Shown: positions 12,420 to 23,800 of the stretch, piece after piece
Layout: every line of letters starts with the position of its first letter
Numbering within the stretch: position 1 is the stretch's first letter
Assembly (NCBI GenBank): GCA_964234715.1
Contig: OZ174280.1
Strand: one strand, 5' to 3'
Length of the DNA stretch: 64,000 nucleotides
Source: Podarcis melisellensis
Taxonomy: Eukaryota
Translations under genes and position numbers: made by a program
Notes under the pieces: model-generated
Database searches by the model: none
Told to the model about the DNA's origin: nothing
The model's input: the letters and a program-made list of their open reading frames with translations, nothing else

Positions 12420-13389
12420 CAGTGTTTCCCAACCGGTGTTCCGCGGCACACTAGTGTGCCGCGAGACGTTGCCTGGTGTGCCGTGGGAGGGAGGCGGGCG
12501 AGTCGGGCGGCGGGAGCGCAAGGCTTGCGGGCGGGAGCACGGGGCGCCCTTCGGAGGCCGCCCCATGCTCCGCGCTGGTGTTGGCCAGCCTTGCGCACCC
12601 GGGGGATCTCCCCCCAGGAGCGCAAGGCTTGCGGGCAGCAGCTGGCAGCGCGGCGCCCTTCGGAGGACGCCCCGTGCTCCGCGCTGGTGTCGGCAAGCCT
12701 TGCGCACCCGGGGGATCTCCCCCCGAGAGCGCAAGGCTTGCGGGCGGCAGCTGGCAGCGCGGAGCACGGGGCGCCCTTCGGAGGACGCCCCGTGCTCCGC
12801 GCTGGTGTCGGCAAGCCTTGCGCACCCGGGGGATCTCCCCCCAGGAGCGCAAGGCTTGCGGGCGGCAGCTGGCAGCGCGGAGCACGGGGCGCCCTTCGGA
12901 GGACGCCCCGTGCTCCGCGCTCGTGTTGGCAAGCCTTGCGCACCCGGGGGCGCGTGGGGCGCCCTGAAACAGAGGGTTCCCCATGCTGCGGACTGTAGCC
13001 TGCCGCCCGACGCGCGGGGCGTCCTGAAGCAGAGCGCCCCTCGCGCCAGGCAGACATGGGCCAGCCCCACAAGCTCGGGGGACAGCGGGGAGGCGCAGCA
13101 CCGCCATCCCACTGTTCCCCGACCTGGTTTTTTTGGGGGGGGGGAAATAAAGGAAAAAAATTTTTCCTTTATTTCCCCCCCCAAAAAAGTAGGTGCGTCC
13201 TATTTCATAATAAAGTAATTATAAAATACTTTCTTTGTGTTTATTTGATGCCTATTAAAGAGAGTTACTTTATATATAGTCAATATAGGCACACAGTTAA
13301 TTTTTTAAACATTTTCTAATGGTGGTGTGCCTCGAGATTATTTTCATGAAACAAGTGTGCCTTTGCCCAAAAAAGGTTGGGAAACACTG
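12420..13389. mobile_element. 970-bp non-autonomous hAT (Buster/Charlie-type) element
   Basis: Perfect 15-bp TIRs CAGTGTTTCCCAACC / GGTTGGGAAACACTG; perfect 8-bp TSD CACTAGAG (12412-12419 and 13390-13397). Confidence 0.92.
12514..12950. repeat. GC-rich minisatellite, ~4 units of 104-118 bp, each internally palindromic
   Basis: gagcgcaaggcttgcgggc starts at 12514, 12618, 12727 and 12845. Confidence 0.9.
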
Positions 13390-13697
13390 CACTAGAGCAC
13401 ACACACCTGGTCTGGTGGGTAGAATGGGGGAGTTCTGCTTTGGTAGAAGGAGTAGATACTAATGGAGGCTGGCAGTGTTAGGCAGTAAATTGGTTTCAGT
13501 AGTTGATACATATTAATTTTGTTTCAAAGTTATTAATAATTGCCATTGTGAAGCTCACTGAATATGTTCATTTAGGAAGTCCTGCAATGTTTCATATTTT
13601 ACATAGGATCTTAGTTTTAGTGGATACATAAAAGAATAGATTGGTACATTTTCTATCATCATGCCAGTCATCCTGCTGTCATTTAACTAAATTTATA

Positions 13698-13937
13698 TAC
13701 AGTGGTACCTCGGTTTACAAACTTAATCCATTCTGGAAGTCCATTCTTAAACTGAAACCGTTCTTAAACCAAGGCACGCTTTCCCTAACGAGGCCTCACA
13801 CTGCCGTTGCCCTTCCACCGTTCGGATTCCATTCTTAGACAGAGGTAAAGTTTGCAAACCGGGACACTATTTCTGGTTTTGCGGAGTTTGTAAACTGAAT
13901 CGTTCTTAAACCGGACTGTTCTTAAGGTACCACTGTA
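13698..13937. mobile_element. Tigger/pogo-like MITE
   Basis: TIRs ta-cagtggtacct / aggtaccactg-ta. Confidence 0.8.
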
Positions 13938-14822
13938 CTACTTAACTCAAACAAGAACTCTCTAAGTTGCTTACAAAAGACTTTTATTTCCAAAAGTTAG
14001 CTAAGAGTGTGATTCCAAGTGAGTTGTAGGTTGGGGTGTGAAGTGACTGTATTCTATTTTTAATCCTATGTTGGCTAGCACTGGCAAGGTTGGAGGTGTA
14101 AGGACAGACTTGTCTTCTTCTTGGCTCCTAGGGAGCCTTTTCTTTTTTAAAAGAATCACCCCATTGGTTCTAATGGAGAGGGAAATTAGATATACCAGTT
14201 CCAGAGTGGCATGGATGCAGACCTGATCGTGTCTCGGCCAGTCATACTCTGCCCTTGGAGTGCCTTGTTTCAGGGCCTAACATTGATTACTGCTAGTGAA
14301 AATAGAACTGTGCCTATGGAGCTTTCCCACATAACGTCCCCCCTCCCCATTGGAGACATCTTCACTGCCATCAGAGGGACTCCTCCATGCAACCCTAACC
14401 CTTTCCATCCATTAGATCTGTGAGTTAGGTTTCCCCTTCCCGTCTTTAGAAAGAAAAGGAACAATATGATTTTATTAGGGTTTTTAAAAATAATAATAAT
14501 AATACTTGCAGCAAATAACTAATAAAACCAAAATAAATCCTTAAGTCCCTTCTTTAGTCTAGAAGGCTTCTAATTTATTTGTATATCTGGCTGATATGGA
14601 TGAGGCATTAGGAATTAGAGGATCAATACAGTTTCATCATCACAGTTTTGTAATACTGGGAAATGCTTTTGATTTTATAGGAAATAGTCAAACTAGCTTA
14701 AATTTTAAGCTTGGTAATAATCTCTAAATCTTATGATGGGACATTGGAATATTGCTAGAAGTTCATAACTGGCTGTCTGCTTGACAGGTTCAGACAAGGA
14801 GCTGGGTGGCATTTCCTGACAA

Positions 14823-14892
14823 ATGGAGAACTATTTCCAGGCAGAGGCTTTTAACCTTGATAAGGTTTTAGATGAATTTGAACAAAATGAAG
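14823..14892 (+). CDS. ZFYVE9: ZFYVE9 first coding exon (exon starts at 14788)
   Basis: [23 protein letters not shown]; acceptor ttgacag|14788, donor G|gtgagt. Confidence 0.95.
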
Positions 14893-17800
14893 GTGAGTAA
14901 CTTTTGTTAGGGCTGGAGATGCAAACTAATATCTGGATCTGTGACTCTGGTTGTATTTCTTTGTATTTCCTGTTCAATTGTAACTAACATCTGTTATGAA
15001 TTTGCTGGGAATAAAAGTCTGAAAAGGATATTGAGAAATCTACAATTTTTTTCTAGGTAGAAACAGTTAAAATAATTGTCTTAAAAATTTCAGTGATTAC
15101 ATGAATGATATCCCTGTATTAATTGGGTGTCAAACATTGGCACAATTGCATAGATAAATAATTCACAGGTGAGAATTGCTTGCAGCTAGAGCTAGTACAG
15201 ATAAGATTAGCTGTCTGTGGATAAGAAGTAATCGGCTTCCATCTGCTCTTTTGCCACCTAGAATGCACATACTCCCAGATCAATCCCCCATTTTACACTA
15301 AGTTCAGTGTTACATTTCATTGTGCTCCTAGTTAGCACAAGTCTTAACTAGCTTTTACAACACTGATTAATTGTTCGTTTTCTATACCTATGACTTTGCT
15401 AACTGATGACTAAAATTTGCACATAATACTAACATAAACTGTGGCTTAGCACAAATGAGCAAATGTGTGGGTCCAGGGGATTGTGACCACTGCCCTTTTC
15501 CCCTGCTCCTGCTGCCACTGCGCTACCCAGGACTAAGCCATAGTTCGGCTTAGCCTTGCATTTGAACCCAGGCTCATGGTCTGTCTCCTCCAGATGACCC
15601 ATGAGTGGTAAACCAAGAACAAATATTGGTTACAGCTTGTCATTTGTGTTAGCATTTAGTTTACATCACAAAATAATAACAGTAAACTCCCTGAGTAATC
15701 ACAAATAACTAGGGGGGAATACTAGTTGCAGGAATGCAAGAGCTTATTAACTTACTAACTACATTACTAAATGTGTACATTGAGGAGAGAGAAGAAAAAA
15801 TGGCATTCACACAATACTGAAACATCAGACATGTTTTGTAAAATTAAATTCCCAAGTGGTCTGTTTGTCTGTGATTGCTGTATTCCCTGTTACGTGATTT
15901 GTATGTAGCTAAGTCACTTTCCTCCCTATACTATGCTACTTCACTGTTCCGCTGTTGTGAATGCGTGCTATAACGATAGGATTTATCATTGTATAATTTG
16001 TACAAGTAGGGCATTCACTGGCAAGAAAAGTGTAACAATGGAAACAGGCAAACCCAAAAAGAGCTTGGCTGGATTAGATGAAAGGTCTGTCAAGTTCAGC
16101 ATCCTGTTTCTCACATAAACTAAAGAGGTGCCTTTGGGGAGATTATAAGTAGGCTATTTCCACTCCCACTTTTTCTCCCCAAGACCTAGTAATGTGGTAT
16201 ACTGCTTCCAGACATGGAGGCTTCATATAGTCATCATAACTAATAAGCATTGTTAGACTAATTGATGGAAGGTCTAATCCCATTTTTAAAGCCATCACAG
16301 CTAATGGTCATCTTGTGGCACCACATGCCATTAATAAATAAATAGCTTTTATAAGGAAAAACACAACCTTTGGTGTTTAATGACTCCAACTACAGAAGCA
16401 ATCAAAGTGCTATTTGAGAGTTAATGTGATTTGGTTACCTTTTTTGGCCAACATTTATTCGCTAGTTGGGCTGATAGAAATGGCTTTCTTAGGACTTATC
16501 CATGCTGTAGTATTCTTCTGAGAAACGAAAATGGTTTTAGTCTGTGGGTATAACTCATAGACTAATTGCTTTCCTGAGTGGTTTCCCTTTTTACGGTGCT
16601 AAATGATGTATTTGCAAAAAGCAGATATGATTCCTGGATTGCTGTTTGAGAAAGCACCACAGCAGCCTGAAGGGCGGATGCTGGAAGAAGGACGGTTGAA
16701 GAGGCAAAAAGCAGCCCCTTTTGGGGAGTGTGAGGACTAAATTTTGAGAGGATTTTTGCTCTTGCTGTTGCTGGCATTGAGCATTGTGTACCAAGACGAT
16801 ACCATCGTCAGCCACATGTGGCTGAATTGGGTGAATCTGTCTCTTTATCCAGCCGTTCTTCAGTGGGCAGAGAAGTTGCAGCTCTTCATTTATCATTTTT
16901 TATTTATATTTACTAAATTTGCATACTGCCCTTCATCCACCGATCTCAGGGCAGTTCATCTGAATGCTGTAGTGACAGATTTTGCTCCCCAGAAAGGGTC
17001 TCTGCTTCCTCCCCAGTCACTACTGCAGCTGAAGAGTTCTTAAAACACTCACCACCTTAAACTGGTATAGCACTGCAAATTTGTTACCATAAGAATGCCA
17101 AAATAGGTTTGATTGGTTTATGTTTGTGTGCGTGTATAAAAGGCAGTAGGTGCACTTTGATGAAGTATTTATATTTTGGCCATGGTTTAGATTGCAAACT
17201 GGCAGCCAAGCCAGATGATATTAGAAATGCATGTTCTCCTTTAATGTGGCCTGCTTTTAAAAAATGAATTGAGGGGGGGAAGGGGTGTGAACCCTCCACT
17301 GCTATTTGCCCTGAGGGAGAAGCTGCCATTGGTGACAGTGGCAACTTTCCTTTCTGGTAAATAGCAGCATCTGTATCATGTGTATAAAAAGAACCATGGT
17401 GTGGGGGAAAGGGACAAACTCCAGTTTTTAAGCATTGCAGCTCCAGTCCTGATGAGCTTCTTAATGTTTGCTATTCCCCCCCTCCCAAAAAAAGACATGT
17501 GAAATGGGACCATGCATTTCTCATTTTGTCTCGTTTTACCCAGAACAGTATATACAGTTGGCAGTAGTATACTAACTAATGGACTTTCTGTGCTTGGGCC
17601 CTATTATCTTTACAGAGATTTTCAATATAGTATATGATTTTTTTTTCATTATATGTGGAACAAACATGCATTTATTTAATTTTACATGATCTCTGTTTTG
17701 ATTTTGGCAACTGGAGAATGTATAAAGCAGTTTATTCGAGTGTTTCTGCAGTGTTCCTAAGCTATATAATTACGTAAAACACTTAAGAATTGGAATACTG

Positions 17801-20800
17801 TTAACAATGCCATCTACAAAGGGAACAGTAACTAGAAATGCTTTTGCTTCCACAATATTTTTCAGTATAAGAAGCTATTTGCAATTATTTTAATCTCATT
17901 TATGCTTACGATAATTCTGTGAAGTTAGCTAAAGCTGCAAGATGATGTCTTGCCCAAGGTCACCCAATTAGCTTTAAGATTAAACAGGAATTTCAATGTG
18001 CTTTTGAGTCTCCAGAATTGACATTCAGTTCAGTTTGCTGTGCTATATTGTCCCCAGCTTCTTTGAACAATTTGTATGATGTCAGTTCTTGTTTGGGTTT
18101 TACATGTTTGTCTTAATTAATGCTGTTGTTTTGTACTTCCTCTGGTTTGCAGCTAAATATATCAATCAAGATGTTAAGATGACGTATTCCCATAAGATGT
18201 GTATTATAAAGAAATATTTCTATTCCAGGCCTTAGAGACTAATCAAAACCAGAAATCTAACTTGGGAGCCAAACTAATAATCTAGAGAAATGTATGACTG
18301 CATTTTCATCTTTTTGAATTTGATTTAAAAAATAGCAGTTGTGGGAGTACCTAATCTGCATTGGGTCTCCAGCACAGGGTAAGGAATATTTTATACTTTG
18401 TCTCTGTGCTTTTTCCCTAACAAAATTTCTCCCTTAAGCTGCTATTCACTCTGGAATGAAAAACATATGACACTCATTTGTGTGTTCTTCTAGGGCAAAT
18501 AGCAACTTATGGGTGGTTTTCATTGGGAAACTTCAAGAGGTAAAGTGTTAAACCAACCTACACTGTGGTTCTGATTTAGACTGAGACCTTTGTGACCGTA
18601 AAACTGCATACATTTCAAAAGATGGAAATACAGTAATTTTCATGCAAACTGGGATCTTGTCTGAACCTGGGTTTAAGCTAGTTTAACTATAATTGCTTCT
18701 TGCAAAATAAGATAATAATTATAATTATTGTTATGCAATACACTTGCAATGCAGTACCCACACAGGGGTGAAGGATTGCTGCATTTCAGGGGGTTGGACT
18801 AGATGGCTCTCGTGGTTCCTTCCAACTCTGTAATTCTGTGGTCTACAGTTCTTGGAATTCTTTGGAACATACCATGATAATGAAATGAGCGAAAGCTTAT
18901 AGTGTAAGACCTAATTAAAACAACCCTTCCAACTGCTGATAAACAAAGCTTAGGTGTGTGTTGCTGCCTCTACTAGTACCGTATTGGCCCGAATGTAAGC
19001 CGCACCCGAATAAAAGCCGCATCTTTAAAATTCGGGGGGGGGGGAGGAAAAAAGAAAATACCTGAATACAAGCTGCTCCCTTAAAATTCTGCAGGCATTC
19101 ACACCTGTTCCGTTTTACCATATATCTGTTTCAGCAGCAATATCATAAAAGCCAATTTTTGTAAGGTCGCAAATTTAAGCCATACTTTAAACTTTCCACG
19201 GCCAGAATTTGGAAAAAAAAGTGAGGCTTATATTCAGGCCAATACAGTATTATGTATTTTTCCTTTGATATACAAACATTTGAACTTCTTGTGCAAAGTA
19301 CAAGTTACATATGCTAAATTTATTGCATATTGATTTAAGTTACTTATCTTTTCAGATGAAGCTGTTTCACCTGCTTTGTTGGATGCAAAGTGGAATAAGA
19401 TCCTAGATCCTCCTTCCCATCGGCTGTCTTTTAACCCAGCTCTGGCCAACGTGAATGAATCCACAATTCCTAATGAGTGTCCGCAAAAGTTGAAGTCATT
19501 CTCCCTGTCTCAGTTAGCCACTGCATCAACAGGAGGAGGAGATTGCTGTTCTAATGGAAAGAATCTTAATATAAGACAAGAAAGCCCAAACATGTGGATT
19601 GATGATCAGGCAGCAACAGATGATCATCAGCTAGTTAAGAGAAATAGCAATCGAAATGCCCTGTACAATTTGATGGATGAAGAAGGAAGGAAAAAGAAAC
19701 CAGAGGAAAAAAACGTTCTTGTAGTAGCAGTCATGCATAACTGTGACAAAAAAGGACTGCAAAGTGATTTGTTAGATTGTAGAAATTACAGCAATTCCCC
19801 CAGAATGGATACGGTTAGCTTTACACTGGATAATGAAACCCAACAAACTGATCACATTGATGTTACTGTAAACGGGTCCCTTGAAAAAGATTCAGATACT
19901 GAAAAAGATGCAGTACAAGCAAACAGGCTACCTGCAGAAGAAGATTTTTTCAACCATTGTAGTGTTGCTGCTTCTGCCTGCTTATCCAGTGGATATTCTT
20001 CTCGGTTAAAGGAGAATGATAATTCAAATAAAGACCTTCATTTCTCAGAAACTGCAGCAGCAGGGATGAATGTAATGACATTGCAGAGGCCACTTGGCCC
20101 TAGTGTTAAAATACAGCAAAGCTGTGCGTCAGGTGAGGGTTTTGATACTGATGCTGTTGCTCAGCTGGAAACTAGAAACTGTTTACCTAGTTCACGTAAT
20201 TGTGGTTTCTCCACAGAGGTTTCTGTTGCAGAACCAGCAGCCCAGCCATTTCAGTCAGGGATATGTGAGGTCTCTGCAACTTGTCAGCCAAATACGCTTG
20301 AAAGTGGTAATCACGGTGAAAGTTCTGACGGACATTTGGCCTCTATGGATGTTGGTGCTGCTGACAACGAAGCTGACAAATATGAAAAAATACTCAGCTC
20401 AACTGAATTGCTCAGCACGACAGTTTGTTTATCAGAATCTCAGGAGATGGCAAATGGGGAACTGACTAAAGAAAATCAGATCAGTAATGAGCAAACACCT
20501 GGGGAGGATGAAACACTGTTGCATACAGCAAAGCGGGAGGAAGCATGTAGTAGTAATGGAGATAGCAGCGATGGCATGACAGTAGCAAGTCAGGACTTAA
20601 AGGGAGCATATATGGATGAGTTTGAAGATTCCCGCCCCACTGATGTCATGAGTACATCGGCATCAAGTGCTCTGCTCAATTGTTGTGATTCCTATGGAAT
20701 ACAGAACCCAATTCTTGCTCATATTCCAAAGACTTTACCCTCCAAGGAAGACTCAGTGACTGAGGAAAAGGAGATAGAGGAGAGCAAATCAGAATGTTAC

Positions 20801-23800
20801 AATAATGTTTATGAACAAAGAGGAAATGAGGCCACAGAGAGAAGTGGGCTCATTTTGAACTGCACTGGTGACCAAATTAAAAAAAAACATTTACATAATC
20901 TCTGCAGTCAGGTACCATCCGAAACAAGTCAAGCATCACCAAAACAAGCAGCTAGTCTGCAACCTCTCAGTGTTCCTTTTGGTGGTGCCCGACCCAAACA
21001 GCCTACAAATCTTAAACTACAAATTCCAAAGCCATTATCGGACCATTTACAAAATGATCTGGTTCCCCCAAACTGTGGAGGAAACAGTAAAAACAAAAAT
21101 GATGTATCTGGAAAAGTAAAAGTAGGTGAAAACATAGCAAATGTATTTTCTGATGAAACATCACTGAGTGCATCAGTCACAGATATTGGCGGGGAGCATT
21201 CTGATGATTATAAGTCTGGGGTTTCTAGTAGTTCGTGCCTTGCAGCAGCTTCAGATAGTCCGGACAACGACCTTGGAGCTGGCCAGTTTGGAGTTCCTAC
21301 AAGAAAGCCATTTACTACTTTGGGTGAAGTGGCTCCGGTCTGGGTTCCAGATTCTCAAGCACCAAACTGCATGAAATGTGAGGCCAGATTTACATTCACT
21401 AAAAGGCGACACCATTGCAGAGCCTGTGGAAAGGTATGTTTATATTTAATGAAATATTTTCGCAAATGATTGAAGCCACAGAATTGGGGGGATATTTTTA
21501 GTAAGCATTTTGTAGTTTTTAGCAAATTAAGGTTAGATATCTATTTATTTTAATGGCTACTGAAAATAACATGAGTGATAAAGGTATTATTAATTGTTAT
21601 TTTTGCATCAAGCTAGAAAACAGTATACACCCCAAATAAATAACTTCTTGAATCTTATGGGGTCCCCCCCAGCACACTTTGTGATTAAGTATAGGCAGAA
21701 GCAGAGCTGCAGCACTAGGTTTATGGCAGAGGTGTTATTGCTGCAGCTTACTGGGAGGTAGTGGAGCAAGGTGACAGAGAGGTCAGTGTGGTGTGGCTCA
21801 ACTGGCAGGAATGCCGGATTAGCTTTGCCAGTGTGGACGTACCACACCAACTTCTGTGATGCCTCATACCTTGGCTTCCTCCTCCTGATAAGTAGCAGCA
21901 GCAGCAGCCCAGCTGATGGGAATCTAGGGTGCTGCTCTGCCCCACTGGACAAACCACTTTTCACTATAGGCTGCTTGCCGTGGTGAGTGTGGCATCACAT
22001 TCTGGCAAGAGTAAGAAACAGCCAACCTTCACCCCAGCTTTCAAGCTGTGGGGTGGTCCATGATGAGAGGTTGGGAGGTGGTTTGGCAGCTGGTGAGCCC
22101 GGCCATGGAGACCAAATTGGCAACCCTTCTGCTGGCCTTTCCTGCTCCAGATCAGAAAGGGTGAAAGCAGAGGGAGGGGGAAAGAGGTGTCTTCAGGCAG
22201 TGGCTGTTTCCTGAGTTGCCTTTGCCTTTTTAAGTAGAGTGTTGTATGTAGTTCTCTAAAGGTGCTTGCCATGCTTTCAAGCCGTTGCTGCAAGCAGTAA
22301 GCAATCTCTGCCCTGAATGTTTGATCAGCCAAAAATTAACTGATTTGCTTGTTATTTCATACATTTGTGGTATCACTATTACAATATAACACCACTCCAA
22401 ATTCTTAGAAGACTCTAGGGTTGAGAGGGAATGTTGTGATAGCTAAAAATACATGATGTTGGTTCTGGGTAAAGCACTTCTCTGTACAAGTGCTTCTTAT
22501 ATAGGTTGGACCATTTTACAAGTGGTTTTAGCACACATAAGTAGAAATAAGTCCACAAACATCATGTTCCCTCAAAATCTTTATACCCCACCTGCCTGCG
22601 TGTAACTAATTCATTAGCAGATTTAGAGACGATGAAAAATATTTTCTGTCTGGTTGCCTGAAAGGAATGCTGACTTAGCATAAGTGACCAAACAAAACGT
22701 CATTTGTAAGTCTGGTTTTGTATCATGTTATCTGGTTTTCAGCTGAAAAAATACAAATATTTTGTTTTTTTAAATATTCCTGAGAAATAGGTAAATGTGT
22801 GGCATTTAGGATTTCTGTGCTTTCATTTTAATTTGGATGTAAAATAAGCCTGATATCTTGGGGCCTTATAAAAATACAGACCCGAATATTGTTCTCAGCT
22901 AAGACAAGGTAAAGTAGAATTAAGAGAATAAAAGATCTGTAATCAGCACAGCTGTGCATGGTGCTGTAGGAATGGAGTGTCACAGTGTTTTATTTAGCAA
23001 TTATCCATTTTATTTATCAAAGAAAGCACAGGGGCTTTTCTTTCAGTGGGATTCCTGCTTGTAGTTAGGGCTTTTTAAACCATTTAACTATAATAGACAC
23101 CTCTTTCTTCCCATTTGAAAATTGTTTTACACTGAGAGCCCCTTCAGGCTGGTGTTTTATCACACGTTTATTCTGCAACGTATCCTTGGCACAATAATAG
23201 TGCAAAAGTGGTGGATTTATTTTGCTTAAATTTGTTCTGTGATGCTGCCCCAGTGCTACCTCATTATTGTTGTACGGAGGGGTATAGTGCAACAAAATCA
23301 GAACATTTGCAGTATAAAAAGTAACAGGGTTTCAACAGACAGTTACAGGATATGCACTGGTTGAAAATGAAGAAATGTGGCTGCCCCAAAATCTTTGCAG
23401 TTACAAACAGTATTGAAAGTGGGATTGCATGTCACTGCCCTGATAGCACCACTGTAGTTTCTTGCTGTCTAAGAACCTCTCTCTCCCTTAATATTTCATG
23501 CTGATGCACAAATTGGTATAGGTAATAATCACTATAACACCCAACACTAAGCTGATGTTTTCCTTTACATGAAGCGTTTTGGCATTGCTTTATTTACAGT
23601 TCATTTCCTCTGGGCAGCAGATTTTTCATTGACCTTGACCTTGTTTGAATAAGCATTACTGTATCCAGTGTGATACTCTTTTTCTCCAGTGAATAAATTA
23701 CATAAGAACTTGCACCTTACTGAATTCAACTTTAGCAAAGATGGTCCTGAACATGGGTTAAAAAAGGTGTAACAATTGATTTGGGGAGATCCTCTGTAGA

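Noticed and set aside
12514-12950. CRISPR-like palindromic repeat array
   Set aside because: Units are whole tandem copies without unique spacers, the context is eukaryotic, and there are no cas genes
12320-13218. Six overlapping 160-260 aa ORFs on both strands
   Set aside because: They arise from the stop-poor GC-rich minisatellite inside a TIR/TSD-bounded element; translations are repetitive with no transposase or other domain motifs
17449-17480. Other CTGATGA motifs (also ~28228, ~28529, ~54193) as hammerheads
   Set aside because: No stem II followed by GAAA and no stem I complementarity
19376-21469. Stand-alone 697-aa single-exon gene
   Set aside because: It is the large internal ZFYVE9 exon; true bounds are 19356-21433 and the FYVE finger is completed by the next exon
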